Below, piece after piece: positions 49,671 through 58,745 of a stretch of DNA of 64,000 nucleotides. Position numbers and translations under genes: made by a program. The stretch lies in the IMG/VR virus record IMGVR_UViG_3300035497_000412. One strand, written 5' to 3'. Below the pieces are notes generated by a model. That model searched no databases. It had not been told where the DNA came from and worked only from the letters and a program-made list of their open reading frames with translations. The stretch comes from a virus. Its lineage: Duplodnaviria > Caudoviricetes. Position 1 is the stretch's first letter. Each line of letters begins with the position of its first letter.

Positions 49671-50072
49671 ATGGCTACTATGAAGATTACTAAGCGCGAT
49701 TATTTTACCACCCTGTCCACCCTCGTTCATGAGAGCGACTTCCCCCATGTCGTAGGTGATAAGGAAATCACCTACGAGCAGATGGTTGAGTTTATCAGCC
49801 ACGAGATTGAGCTTTTGAACCGCAAGAATGCCGCGGATAGCTCCAAGGGGCTAACCGCTAAGCAGATCGCCCGGCAGGAAGTCATGAATGCGATGCTGAC
49901 CCGGATGACTTTTGACAAGCCGTATTTGGTTTCTGATATTATCAAGACTTTCCCCGAATGCGAGGGCAAGAGTACCAGTGAAGTTTCCCGAATGCTCCAT
50001 GATTTGGTAAAGGCTGGTATTGTTGAACGCATTGAGGAAAAGCGCAAGGCGTATTTCATTCGCCGGGCCTAA
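49671..50072 (+). CDS. winged-helix DNA-binding protein, paralog of 53715
   Basis: STSEVSRMLHDLVKAGIVERIEEKRKAYF wHTH-like C-terminus. Confidence 0.75.
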   Translation: MATMKITKRDYFTTLSTLVHESDFPHVVGDKEITYEQMVEFISHEIELLNRKNAADSSKGLTAKQIARQEVMNAMLTRMTFDKPYLVSDIIKTFPECEGKSTSEVSRMLHDLVKAGIVERIEEKRKAYFIRRA

Positions 50073-50136
50073 TTCTCCAAAATTTGGGAAGGGGGATATC
50101 CCCCTTCCCAAAGCCCCATAAAAAGGAGGTCCAAAA

Positions 50137-50493
50137 GTGAGTGAACAAATTGACACCATGCGTAAACTTGGATGGACTGAAGAAGAAATTGCCGACGTCT
50201 TAAAAAGTGATAAGGCTATTGATAAAGGTGCAAAGCTTTTTGAACTGGATGCTGAACACGAAAAAGCTAGTAAAGACGCGCGAAAGCTAGGACAGCGCAG
50301 AACGCCCACGGTTTACGACTTTTCCAAACGAGAACGCAAAAAGGATACTGATAAAGGCGATTTAATTGCGGCGGTGGTCACTGGATTGCAAGCGGCTGGA
50401 GCTAAAACGACCATTACTAATCCTGAGCGCGAAATTGAATTGGAATATAATGGGCGAAAATTTAAAATCGTGTTGAGCGCTCCGCGTAAGTAA
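50137..50493 (+). CDS. hypothetical protein, paralog of 54163
   Basis: KLG.T.EE..D..K.D..ID.G and RERK motifs shared. Confidence 0.75.
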   Translation: MSEQIDTMRKLGWTEEEIADVLKSDKAIDKGAKLFELDAEHEKASKDARKLGQRRTPTVYDFSKRERKKDTDKGDLIAAVVTGLQAAGAKTTITNPEREIELEYNGRKFKIVLSAPRK

Positions 50494-50529
50494 CACAAAA
50501 GGGAAGAAATGGAAAATGCCATTTCTTCC

Positions 50530-50930
50530 CTTTTCGTCATTTTAATGAATTCAACACTTTAATGTGTTGAATTTTGTTATTTTTCACAAAACAGATCGGT
50601 GTCAAGTTGGAATATTACACAAAAATTAGCTCATTTTGGGCTGTTTTTTTATGCAATTTGCACAAAAAATTTAGCACTTTAAACTGTTAAAGCGCAGCAT
50701 AATGACGAATTTAACACTTTAGCGCTTTAAAACGCGACACTTTCACAGTTTAAAGCGTTGAATCGGCCGCTGGGGAATGAGGCGGCCGAAATTTCCATTA
50801 TATCACCCCTCCCGCCTTTTGTCAATAGGCAAATTGCACAAAGATTGTGCCACTTAGAATCCCGAATTCGTCACTTTGCACAAAGAAAAATTCATAGCTA
50901 AAATTTTGTGCATTTTGCCATTGATTTCTG
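50530..50930. repeat. palindrome island plus antisense promoter/27-nt hairpin unit
   Basis: Hairpin 50763-50789; minus TTGACA(50825)-17-TATAAT(50802). Confidence 0.7.
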
Positions 50931-51063
50931 GAATATATAGTGATATAATAAACTCATCAAATGAAAGAGAGGTAAATTAATTACACTAAATGAAAATTCC
51001 CTATTGACTTTTGCTAAAAATTTTGTTATAATAATTACAGGAATTAAGAAAGGAGATACCCAA

Positions 51064-51324
51064 ATGAAAAATGTATCTGAAATGACTCTGGAGGAACTGA
51101 AAGCACTAACTGAAGAAATTGAAACCCGCAGAGCTGTACTTCACGAGGAACAGAAATATATTGCCGCTTGGAAGAATGCTATAAGCGCTTTGCATGACTT
51201 CCTTGATGAGTATGGGGTATTCTACATGACCATTAATGGTGGTGATTACCAGTTTGACGCAAGTGATGTTGAAATGTGGATGTCAACCCCCGGCACGATG
51301 GAAATCAATATTGAAAACGATTAA
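51064..51324 (+). CDS. 86-aa hypothetical protein
   Basis: Promoter 51005, AGAAAGGAG RBS. Confidence 0.7.
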   Translation: MKNVSEMTLEELKALTEEIETRRAVLHEEQKYIAAWKNAISALHDFLDEYGVFYMTINGGDYQFDASDVEMWMSTPGTMEINIEND

Positions 51325-51342
51325 AAAAAGGAGCTGATAAAT

Positions 51343-51501
51343 ATGCCTACTCACATTATTATTGCTAGTATGATTTGCATTGCTGGTGTTTCCGTTCGCA
51401 TTGTCGCAGAAGCGTCTCAGCGGAAACCGAACCTTGCAAAGCTCCTATGGAGCGCCGCCGAAATGATTTCTTTAGTTTGTATTTTCCGATTCTATCTGTA
51501 A
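51343..51501 (+). CDS. 52-aa small membrane protein
   Basis: MPTHIIIASMICIAG, AAGGAG RBS; below ORF-track cutoff. Confidence 0.55.
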   Translation: MPTHIIIASMICIAGVSVRIVAEASQRKPNLAKLLWSAAEMISLVCIFRFYL

Positions 51502-51522
51502 AAAAAAAGGATTTGATTGTTT

Positions 51523-51993
51523 ATGAAATTTTTGATTGTATTTATTATCCTGTCCATTGTAAACGTGACATTCTCTACTGTCCGCTCTATTGTAACAATC
51601 AAGGGTGGAAAGCTAGTAGCAAGCTTTATCTCTGGCGGCTACTTTGCTTTTTACAATATCATGTTGATTTACACTGTGGCAGATTTTCCCATGTGGCAGA
51701 AATGTGTAATTACATTTGCGTGTAATGTGGTTGGTGTATTCATTGTAAAATGGATTGAAGAAAAAATGCGAAAAGACAAGCTGTGGCGTGTGGAAACTAC
51801 TGTTCCAGCTAGTCAAGGCGAATCCCTAGCGGAAACTGCAAAAGAAAAGGACTTATCTTTCAACTACATTAATATTCAGAAGTATTGGATTTTCAACTTC
51901 TATTGCCCTACTCAGAAAGAGAGTTCAGAAGTAAAAGAAATGCTTAAAGGCTATGACGCAAAATATTTTGTCTCTGAAACGAAAATTCTTTAA
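51523..51993 (+). CDS. membrane protein, DUF2179/YebE-like N-terminus
   Basis: Three hydrophobic segments, NV.FSTVRSI.T.KG.K..A pattern. Confidence 0.65.
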   Translation: MKFLIVFIILSIVNVTFSTVRSIVTIKGGKLVASFISGGYFAFYNIMLIYTVADFPMWQKCVITFACNVVGVFIVKWIEEKMRKDKLWRVETTVPASQGESLAETAKEKDLSFNYINIQKYWIFNFYCPTQKESSEVKEMLKGYDAKYFVSETKIL

Positions 51994-52060
51994 AAAGGTA
52001 TTGACATTTTAATTCTCGTCTGCTATAATAACTGTAGTAAATGAAAGAAAGGTGATTCAA

Positions 52061-52318
52061 ATGAAAATGATTATTGATAGGGGCTATAATGGGTATCATA
52101 TTCCCGATGAAGTTCTTCATTGGGAACTTCCTCCTGATGCAGAAAATGAACACCGCACCGACCCACGTTTTATTGAATGGGTGAAAACACATAAAAATAA
52201 TACTGGCCTTGCAGTTGTAGAAATTCCTGATAATGCTACTGATTGGGAACTAGAAGATTATGATGGACGAGAGAGCATTATTGCGGTTGTGGATGGAAAA
52301 ATTATTCACATTGGCTAA
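52061..52318 (+). CDS. hypothetical phage protein
   Basis: RTDP..I..V and VVEIPD..WELEDYDG.E motif; promoter 52001. Confidence 0.75.
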   Translation: MKMIIDRGYNGYHIPDEVLHWELPPDAENEHRTDPRFIEWVKTHKNNTGLAVVEIPDNATDWELEDYDGRESIIAVVDGKIIHIG

Positions 52319-52403
52319 AAAATCTATTGACAAACCCTCCTCTTTATGATATACTAAAGACGTAAAGAGGAGGAAGAAACCTCAAAGAAAGCTGGTAATA
52401 AAA

Positions 52404-52601
52404 ATGAAAGTTTATTTGGTAAATGAAACTAATTACAACTATAGCCCTGAACCGATTTTGGAAAACGTTGCCATGTTTTCTACTAAAGAAAAGGCTAACG
52501 CATACGTTTCTAAATATTATGTTTGCGGCGATGATGGAGTATGGCATTCACCTTATGACCGATGTGTAGAATCCAGCATTGAAGAATGGAATGTTAATTA
52601 A
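52404..52601 (+). CDS. 65-aa hypothetical protein
   Basis: Promoter 52327; similar to 43979 product. Confidence 0.7.
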   Translation: MKVYLVNETNYNYSPEPILENVAMFSTKEKANAYVSKYYVCGDDGVWHSPYDRCVESSIEEWNVN

Positions 52602-52635
52602 ACACTAAATTGTTAAAAGAAAGGAATTGGTAAAA

Positions 52636-53007
52636 ATGAAAGAGGTAAAATATTGGATTGCAGATGATGGAAAGCGCTTTGATTCTCTAGAGGAATGCAA
52701 AGTTTATGAGGAAAATCTAGAAAAAATGTTAAAAAATTTTAATGAGCTTGTTCGAATGTACGATTCAGAAATGAAACGTCATTATTTTGAAAATGAAGAT
52801 GACCTTGAGGATGTGCGCTATTTATGGGTTGCTAATGAAACAGGCTTTGGATTATTTAATAAACTTGACCTTGTATCGCCTTCACCTAGAGACTGCGGTT
52901 ATGAATTTACTGGTGAACATTGGTTTATTTGGGATGATACAACGGAAACTTGGCGTACCTTTGAAGAAGTCATTAATAAACTTGAACAGATTAAAAAGAC
53001 TCTTTAA
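52636..53007 (+). CDS. hypothetical protein, paralog of 45752
   Basis: ADDGKRF..EECK.YE motif. Confidence 0.75.
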   Translation: MKEVKYWIADDGKRFDSLEECKVYEENLEKMLKNFNELVRMYDSEMKRHYFENEDDLEDVRYLWVANETGFGLFNKLDLVSPSPRDCGYEFTGEHWFIWDDTTETWRTFEEVINKLEQIKKTL

Positions 53008-53128
53008 GTCTTTAAGAGAAAGGAATTGATAAAAATGTGGGGCTTGCGCGACCCCACATTTTTTTAGTAAATTTTTGTTTTCAGCAAATTGTACGAATTT
53101 TCAAATGAAAATTTGGTTATTTTGCCTA

Positions 53129-53222
53129 TTGACAAATCCTATCAAGTGTGTTAAAATGACCGACCGCTGAGGTGCGCAGCGGTCGGAAATTCCATTATAC
53201 CACCTCCAGCCAATTTTGTCAA
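53129..53222. promoter_or_regulatory. convergent promoter pair flanking a 27-nt GC hairpin
   Basis: Plus TTGACA-17-TAAAAT, hairpin 53160-53186, minus TTGACA-17-TATAAT. Confidence 0.75.
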
Positions 53223-53319
53223 TCGTCAAATTGCACAAAAATTTTTGCACTAAGACTCCCGAAATTCCATTTTTTTTACTATGGCCGCAAATCTTTGTGC
53301 AAAATGACGGAAAAGTTTT

Positions 53320-53665
53320 TCTTGATTTCTAAGGTAAGCTGTGCTATACTATAATTGTCCCAAGGGGGAAGGAAAAAACGGCGGACAGCGACAGTTACCC
53401 CGATCTCCAAAAGGACAAGAAAAAAATTTGAAAAATCTCTTGACAAGCCCAACAACGTGTGATACAATAAAGGCGTAAACAAGAGATGGAGCAGAAAACC
53501 TCAAAACAATGAACCTTGAAAATTCAAAAAAAACTCTTGACAAACCCTTCAATCGATGATATAATAAGAATACAAGATAAGGGAAAGCAAGTCAAGCGCA
53601 AGGTTAAAAAATCTCGCAAAGTTCTAAAAAAACTCTTGACAAGCTGAACCGAATCTGGTATAATA
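53320..53665 (+). promoter_or_regulatory. four tandem sigma-A-type promoters with no ORF between them
   Basis: -35/-10 pairs starting ~53322, 53440, 53537, 53636. Confidence 0.7.
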
Positions 53666-53714
53666 AATTTACAAAGAGGAAGGACACCTCACAAACCAGA
53701 AAGGAATTGATACT

Positions 53715-54104
53715 ATGACTACCACCAAGACTACCAAGCGCGACTACTTCACCACCCTGCTGAACAACACTGATGTTCTGGCAAACCTGTCTCTGCCCGA
53801 GGGCATGACCGCAGAAAGCATGACTGCTTTCATCGCTCATGAGATTGAGCTGCTGGATAAGAAGAATGCTACCGAGCGCAAGGCGTCTCCTATCCAGATT
53901 GCCAACGAGGAAACCAAGAACGCAATGATTGAGTTCATGGCCCTTGACAAGCCCTATCTTATCAGTGAACTGATTAAGGAGTGCCCGGCCTGTGAAGGTA
54001 TGGCTACTTCCAAGGTTTCCCGACTGGCTCATGACCTTGTAAAGGCTGGCATCGTGGAGCGGATTGAGGAAAAGCGTAAGGCGTATTTCATTCGTCGGGC
54101 CTAA
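53715..54104 (+). CDS. winged-helix DNA-binding protein, paralog of 49671
   Basis: Identical last 24 aa HDLVKAGIVERIEEKRKAYFIRRA. Confidence 0.75.
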   Translation: MTTTKTTKRDYFTTLLNNTDVLANLSLPEGMTAESMTAFIAHEIELLDKKNATERKASPIQIANEETKNAMIEFMALDKPYLISELIKECPACEGMATSKVSRLAHDLVKAGIVERIEEKRKAYFIRRA

Positions 54105-54162
54105 TTCCAGAAATAGGAAGGGGCGCAAAGCCCCTTCCTAAATCCATTAGAGAGGTGAACAC

Positions 54163-54549
54163 ATGGCACAGAACAAAGAACAAGAACTAATGGAAAAACT
54201 TGGATGTACTCTAGAAGAGGCCCAAGACATTATTAAAACAGATAGTGAAATTGACCACGGCAAAAGAGTTTATTTTGACCTATCCCCGGAACAAGAAAAA
54301 ATTGCAAAGAAGTTTATTAACTCCAGAGAACACCGTAAAAAGCCCATGACTTTTGATAACAAGCCAAGAGAGCGCAAAGCAAACGCCACAAAAGGGGGAT
54401 TAATCGCGGAAATCGCAACTTTTTTGGAACAAAACAGCCAATTTTCCATTGAAAACGTGGAAATTGTAAACAAAGAAAAGCTAATTACCTTTTCTATTGG
54501 CGGACAATCTTATAAACTTGACCTAATTCAGTCAAGAACTAAGAAATAA
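54163..54549 (+). CDS. hypothetical protein, paralog of 50137
   Basis: Shared motifs, same gene order. Confidence 0.75.
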   Translation: MAQNKEQELMEKLGCTLEEAQDIIKTDSEIDHGKRVYFDLSPEQEKIAKKFINSREHRKKPMTFDNKPRERKANATKGGLIAEIATFLEQNSQFSIENVEIVNKEKLITFSIGGQSYKLDLIQSRTKK

Positions 54550-54609
54550 TTGCGGTTTTGGCAGTTTTTTCCTTAAAAACTGCCAATTTTCTATGGAAAA
54601 GGTGATAAA

Positions 54610-54984
54610 ATGGACGAAATTTCAGCAACTATTAAGGCAAAGGCAAAGGGTAAAGAATTCTATTATGTCGGACACTACATTTCTAAAGAAGGAAAATATG
54701 TTTTAAAGCCCGGCACTACAAACGACCTAAAACGCCGACGACAGGAACACAATAGAGCCTATCACAAAACCCCAAATTTTCCCATGGATGATAAAAGCTC
54801 TTTTGAATACGATTGGTTTATTCCTCTTTCTAAATATAATACGCTGCGCGTAGAGGATAGAATGAAGGAGAAATTTCAAGCCGAAAGATTTGGAGTTTAT
54901 GTAAATAATGACCGCTTTGTCTTTGATGAAAAGCCCGAATTTGTGGAAATTACTGTAAAAAGAATTTATAAGATTGCCCTTTAA
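54610..54984 (+). CDS. GIY-YIG-like small nuclease
   Basis: FYYVG..YVLKPGTTNDLKRR.QEH pattern. Confidence 0.55.
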   Translation: MDEISATIKAKAKGKEFYYVGHYISKEGKYVLKPGTTNDLKRRRQEHNRAYHKTPNFPMDDKSSFEYDWFIPLSKYNTLRVEDRMKEKFQAERFGVYVNNDRFVFDEKPEFVEITVKRIYKIAL

Positions 54985-55055
54985 CGAGGGCAATCTTTTT
55001 TTCGTCAAATTGCACAAATACAAAAATTAGGGTGAAAATTTGTGCAATTTACCTA

Positions 55056-55131
55056 TTGACTTTTTGGGCCGGGCGTAGACTGATGTCACGCCCGGAATTT
55101 TCATTATACCACTGGCCCCGCATTTTGTCAA
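55056..55131 (-). promoter_or_regulatory. antisense promoter plus 27-nt GC hairpin
   Basis: Hairpin 55069-55095; minus TTGACA-17-TATAAT. Confidence 0.7.
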
Positions 55132-55261
55132 TAGGCAATTTGCACAAAAATTTTTTTATTTAAAATCCCGATTTGTGCATTTCAACGAAGAAAAAAACTA
55201 TTGACATTCTATGAAGACTGTGATATACTTTAGGTAGAGTAAAGGAAAGGAGATATCAAAA

Positions 55262-55600
55262 ATGATGATGTCACTACTTGGTTTTATTATTGTTGCGATT
55301 CTTATGTCTATTACCGGAGGGGCTTTTATCTCTATGATTATTCTTGCTAATACTAAGATTAGCGGTTGGAAAGAAGTGGTTATAGGTATTATCTTATCTA
55401 TAGCTATTGGATGTGCTATTTCTGGAATGTTTGTTCTTGGAACAAAGATAAATGCAGATTCTTGGAATAATGGTAATTGCTATAATTGTAATACCCAATG
55501 GGAATTAGTAAACGTTCAGAAAATGCGTAGCACTACACATTATTATTACAGCTGTCCAAATTGTGGTGAAGTTATTGATTTAACTCAAAAACCTTATTGA
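55262..55600 (+). CDS. two-TM protein with C-terminal Zn ribbon
   Basis: Hydrophobic N-terminal half; CYNC..CPNC. Confidence 0.75.
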   Translation: MMMSLLGFIIVAILMSITGGAFISMIILANTKISGWKEVVIGIILSIAIGCAISGMFVLGTKINADSWNNGNCYNCNTQWELVNVQKMRSTTHYYYSCPNCGEVIDLTQKPY

Positions 55601-55657
55601 CAAATGACTTAAACCATGTTACAATAATTACAGAAGTGAAGAAAGAGGTTGATTCTA

Positions 55658-55993
55658 ATGTTTGAAGTGTCTTGGTCTGGTGGGTATCCAAGTCTTTGCT
55701 GTGGCGAATGGACAATTATTAAAAATGGAGTAGATGTGTCTGATAAAATTCCTAAAGCATACCGTCATGACAGTATGAATACTTGGGGACTTTATCAACG
55801 CTGGTGTATCAATATGGGAGATTGGGAGGAATACGAAGAAACTTATGAAGATGGGCTGGAAGAAAAAGAATGGATTACGTGTAACAGGAATTGGATTAAA
55901 GAATTTTGTGATAACGAGGAAGAAATGATTGAATTGTATTGGGCGATTTCGCAAGAAGATTGGAGAGGTGGTTCTTGTGGAGGGTGCATTTGA
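55658..55993 (+). CDS. Cys-motif hypothetical protein
   Basis: YPSLCCG..SCGGCI. Confidence 0.75.
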   Translation: MFEVSWSGGYPSLCCGEWTIIKNGVDVSDKIPKAYRHDSMNTWGLYQRWCINMGDWEEYEETYEDGLEEKEWITCNRNWIKEFCDNEEEMIELYWAISQEDWRGGSCGGCI

Positions 55994-56114
55994 AAAAAAT
56001 CTCTTTAAATTTGAGAAAAGTCTTGACAACCATTAGATTCTATGTTATAATAATTACAGAAGTTAAGGGAACGATGGTAAACCCTTAATAATAAAAGAAA
56101 GGAATTGATAATTT

Positions 56115-56375
56115 ATGAACGTTGAAGAACTTGTTAGCGCACTTATTGCTATTGCAGAGGAAAAAGAACAGGACGAAGAAAAAGAACGAGAAGAAGCCGA
56201 ACGTAAAGACTGGAATGAATTAGTACAAGCCATGGAAAAATATCTTAACAGTTGGGGAAATATTTTAATTCAAGATATTGACACTGGGGTAATAATGGAT
56301 GAATTTTTAATTGAATCTTATGGTGAGAATGTAGAAGAACCTGGAATTATTAAAGTTTGGAATCCTAAACGCTAA
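56115..56375 (+). CDS. 86-aa acidic hypothetical protein
   Basis: RBS cassette, promoter 56023. Confidence 0.7.
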   Translation: MNVEELVSALIAIAEEKEQDEEKEREEAERKDWNELVQAMEKYLNSWGNILIQDIDTGVIMDEFLIESYGENVEEPGIIKVWNPKR

Positions 56376-56414
56376 AAAAAAAAGAATTTTTAAATAGAAA
56401 GGAATTGATAATTT

Positions 56415-56624
56415 ATGTGGGCTTTACTTAGTTGGGTTGATGGTTTTGGTGCTGATACATGGGTAAGGGGAATTTTTCCAACGAGAGAAGAAGCTGAATC
56501 TCATGCAGAGGAAAGCGATGGTTTAAAAGAATTTGATTTTGGTTTAGTTAATTTTGATATTTATCATTGTGAAAGAATTGGAAAAGCATGGTGGGAAGAG
56601 GAAGAAGAGGAGGAAGAAGCATAA
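56415..56624 (+). CDS. 69-aa protein with poly-Glu tail
   Basis: RBS cassette. Confidence 0.7.
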   Translation: MWALLSWVDGFGADTWVRGIFPTREEAESHAEESDGLKEFDFGLVNFDIYHCERIGKAWWEEEEEEEEA

Positions 56625-56725
56625 AAAAAATAAAACTTTATCTTGACAAATTCTCCTCTTGGTGCTATAATAATAACATCAAGAGGGGAAGAACCCCAAA
56701 AGAAAAATGAAAGGAATTGATAAAA

Positions 56726-56932
56726 ATGACGGCTTGGGAATTGAATATTGAGGGTGAAACAACTCTTGTTGAGACAAGAGAAATGGCTTTTGATACTTTA
56801 ATGAAAATCCAAAGATGGTTGTTTGAAACGCATGATACTTTTTATGATGCCGTAGATATTACAATTAGAGAAATTGAAATTTTTTCTAACGCAGAAGCCG
56901 CTTATAAAAATTTTTGTGGAGTAGGAGATTGA
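56726..56932 (+). CDS. small hypothetical protein
   Basis: Promoter 56643, RBS cassette, terminator ~56940-56970. Confidence 0.7.
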   Translation: MTAWELNIEGETTLVETREMAFDTLMKIQRWLFETHDTFYDAVDITIREIEIFSNAEAAYKNFCGVGD

Positions 56933-57007
56933 TAAAAAAAGGAGGCTAATTGCGGCCTCCTTTCTTTTTTACCAAAAATCTTATAAAATTTTTGTGCAAT
57001 TTGACTA

Positions 57008-57103
57008 TTGACAAATGACTAGAAAGGTGGTATAATTGCGCCGGCCCTTGACTAGCGTGCGGGCCGGAAATTCCATTATACCACAGCTTCAGAAAAAAGT
57101 CAA
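57008..57103. promoter_or_regulatory. convergent promoter pair flanking a 27-nt GC hairpin
   Basis: Plus TTGACA-17-TATAAT, hairpin 57041-57067, minus TTGACT-17-TATAAT. Confidence 0.75.
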
Positions 57104-58083
57104 TTGGCAATTTATACAAAACTTTGTTTTTAAAAAATCCTAAAATTGTGGAATTTGACTATTGACATTGGGACTGGACTATGGTATACTAGAAGGGGTA
57201 CTAGACTCGCCGGTCCGAGCACCAGTGCGCTGGACCGATCTTCTATCCAAACCCCCATATGCGAATTTTTTGCTCAATCTAGGACCATATGCCATTTTTT
57301 TCCTCAATCCCGAAAACCCGATCGGTTCTTCCAATATTTTCCCAACTTTTCTCCCTCCACTCCGCCCAGCCCAACCGATCGGCCCTCATATGAAAAAATT
57401 CTGCTCAATCTAGGCTTTCTCTCCGACTTCCCTTGCTCTTCGCTAGCTAAGCTAGGACTAGCTAGAACCCTAATCATTTTGATTTTGCGAACAACTTTCC
57501 AATCTCAAGATTTTTTCAACAAAAATCGTGGCAAATTTACTTGACTTTTTATAATATATATGTTATAATTAAAAAAAAGAAAAAATTACCGATCGGCCCC
57601 TAAAACACACTTACCCTCTTTCCAAACTTCCGATCGGGTACCAGACTTCTTTCCTTTCCAAAAGGTAGAATAAAAAGGAAAATTATGGAAAGCCGCAACC
57701 CTCTTCTCCCGCTCGGCTTCCTGTTCTTTTTTCTTCTGGAATAGTCGATTCCAAAAGGCCAACAAAAAAAAAGAAGACAACAGTACTCTTGCGGCAACCC
57801 CATTTTACCGATCGGCACAAGACCTTTCTCATCCTTTCAAAAATAAGGAGAAAAAATTTCAGACGCCGTTTGAAAATATGGCACCTGGGCTAAGCTAGAA
57901 TTAGCTGTAGGCTAATTGCTTTATCTTTTCCGAACACGAATCCATTTTAAAATTTTACGAGGCAAATTCACCTCAATTCTATATAAAAACACCGATCGGC
58001 CCCTAATCGCGCCCAATTATATTGACAATTATATAAAAATATATTATAATATATATAGAAAATAAGAAAAGGAATTGATCCAA

Positions 58084-58383
58084 ATGGAGAAAGAATCAGA
58101 GGGCTAGATTTTGATGTCCACCGCAACTTGAGTCACAGAAATTAATGAAGGCTTCACTTATAAAGATAAAAACGCGGCATACAAATCTCTGGACATTATT
58201 CAATAGTCTATCTTAGATTTTATCCATTTAATGGAAAACCGCGGCCCAATCAATTTCCTTTATATGAACCTTGAAAATTTTACATGGCCTCCCGCAGAAT
58301 CCCAGTGTACGAACATCTGCAAAATACCATTATTTGGGAATAAGCTAAAATCGTTTAAAATTAGCTTCGAAAATTTCAGGTAA
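58084..58383 (+). pseudogene. ORF with two TAG and one in-frame TGA (58129)
   Basis: Promoter 58022 and RBS cassette; frame otherwise open to TAA 58383. Confidence 0.4.
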
Positions 58384-58684
58384 AATACTAAAATCGACTT
58401 CTTGTCCATGAGAGAAAAAGTTTTAGTCGTAGAAGCTTCAATTTTATGGTTTTCACAATAAATTTTTTTGAACCTCTCTTCTCAAAATTTTCTGTCCCAA
58501 GAGCATAAGAGAAAAAAGGAGAAATGGGGGGCGGCAGCTCGTCTCGGAGATCGCATTAACGAAAAAATTTTTGTCTCTTTGGACAAATGTGAAAATTTAC
58601 TAGAGAAGTATTTTTATACATAATAGAAAGTAACAAGCGGGGGGGGTCTAGGCGCTTCGCGCCACCTTACTAAAGCAAGTTGAT

Positions 58685-58745
58685 AGGATTTATATATAGG
58701 ATATATAATGAGCGAAGCGAATTATATATCCTATATATAAATCCT
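58685..58745. repeat. perfect 25-bp inverted repeat with GCGAAGC-containing loop
   Basis: AGGATTTATATATAGGATATATAAT-gagcgaagcga-reverse complement. Confidence 0.9.

Noticed and set aside
58685-58745. Protelomerase telRL site
   Set aside because: An 11-nt asymmetric loop interrupts the palindrome, and no protelomerase gene is seen
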